The notes below the pieces were generated by a model, which saw only the letters and a list, made by a program, of their open reading frames with translations, ran no database searches and was not told where the DNA came from. Shown here one piece after another: positions 63,231-64,000 of a DNA stretch of 64,000 nt (the stretch's first letter is position 1; each line of letters opens with the position of its first letter). Both the position numbers and the translations under genes were made by a program. The DNA is taken from NCBI RefSeq assembly GCF_001447785.1, contig NW_015164211.1:298012-362011 (forward strand). The letters run 5' to 3'. Source of the stretch: Gekko japonicus (Eukaryota).

Positions 63231-63533
63231 TTTCAGGCATTGTTCGTTTGGTTAGATCCTTACGGAAATCAACTGACAGTCCTTCTTATGGGACAGGAGA
63301 GCAGTTGAGGCAGAGGGTTAATTTCCTCATGGAGTCATGGGTCTTGCAAGTGTATTCACTCGAAGACTACCAATCCCATCACGCCCTGGTTTAGAATGCT
63401 TTGGAAGTGATGCACGCAGGGCAGCGTGGGTGATGAAACACAGTGCGTCATGGGAGTTAGGATCGGCCCTTCCCCCCGGTTGGCTGATGTCCTATCGGGA
63501 TGTCCGGACTGGTAGGGGAGCTGGTTTGGTGGT

Positions 63534-63739
63534 TAGTGCTGCCAACTCTGGGTTGGGAAATGCCCGTAGATACTGGGATTGGAGCCTGGGGATGGGAGTA
63601 TCTCAGCAGGGTACAGTGCCATTGAATTCACCCTCGAACGCAGCCATTTTTTTCCAGGGGAACAGCTCTGCAACCTGGAGATCAGTTGTTGTAATGATGG
63701 GAGATCTCCAGGTCCCACCTGGAGGTTGGCAACCCTCTA
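63534..63739. mobile_element. hAT-like MITE
   Basis: TAGTGCTGCCAAC ... GTTGGCAACCCT termini; related fragments at ~3465-3560 and ~7270-7370. Confidence 0.6.
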
Positions 63740-64000
63740 ATGGTTGCCGAATACAGTACCTTGGTGCTATCTGCCATCACAAATGTAACTAGTCTTGTTT
63801 GTCTTTTTTCTTTTTCTTTAAGTGAACAAGAAACTGGTTCCCTTGCCCTAGAAACAATAGGCCCCTGCCACACTGGATCGGCCAAAGTGCGGCTTTTTAG
63901 AGCTGCACCAAAAGAGACATGCGGCAGCGGGATCAGATAGATCCCCTGAGCCACCACGCAGTTCCTCCCCGGCAGGATCAGATGCCGGGGGGAAGCCACT

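Overview
Eukaryotic DNA from a squamate reptile, probably a gecko (inferred from Sauria/Squam SINEs, a 5S-derived SINE, and CR1, L2, L1, DIRS and Penelope relics). The draft assembly has five N gaps. The window holds the spastin gene (SPAST) on the minus strand, from ATG 62927 to TGA 17676. Sixteen of the 17 canonical exons were located, and exons 2-5 and 7-17 have GT-AG ends and human-like lengths. Exon 6 is missing, probably in the 36813-36867 gap, and exons 14-15 occur twice in a ~755 bp tandem duplication. A CpG-rich promoter and an ATG-only first exon near 1003-1300 are most likely SLC30A6, the downstream neighbour of SPAST in human. Between the genes are a fused copia/DIRS relic and a 2.5 kb near-identical duplication. 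The most unusual signals are an ORF1-only (HAL1-like) L1 derivative with TSDs, an inverted pair of decayed minimal hammerhead ribozymes in intron 13, and an overlapping SPAST uORF that stays open past the second start codon. No wholly new biological system is demonstrable from the sequence alone. Human comparisons are from memory and need confirmation by alignment.
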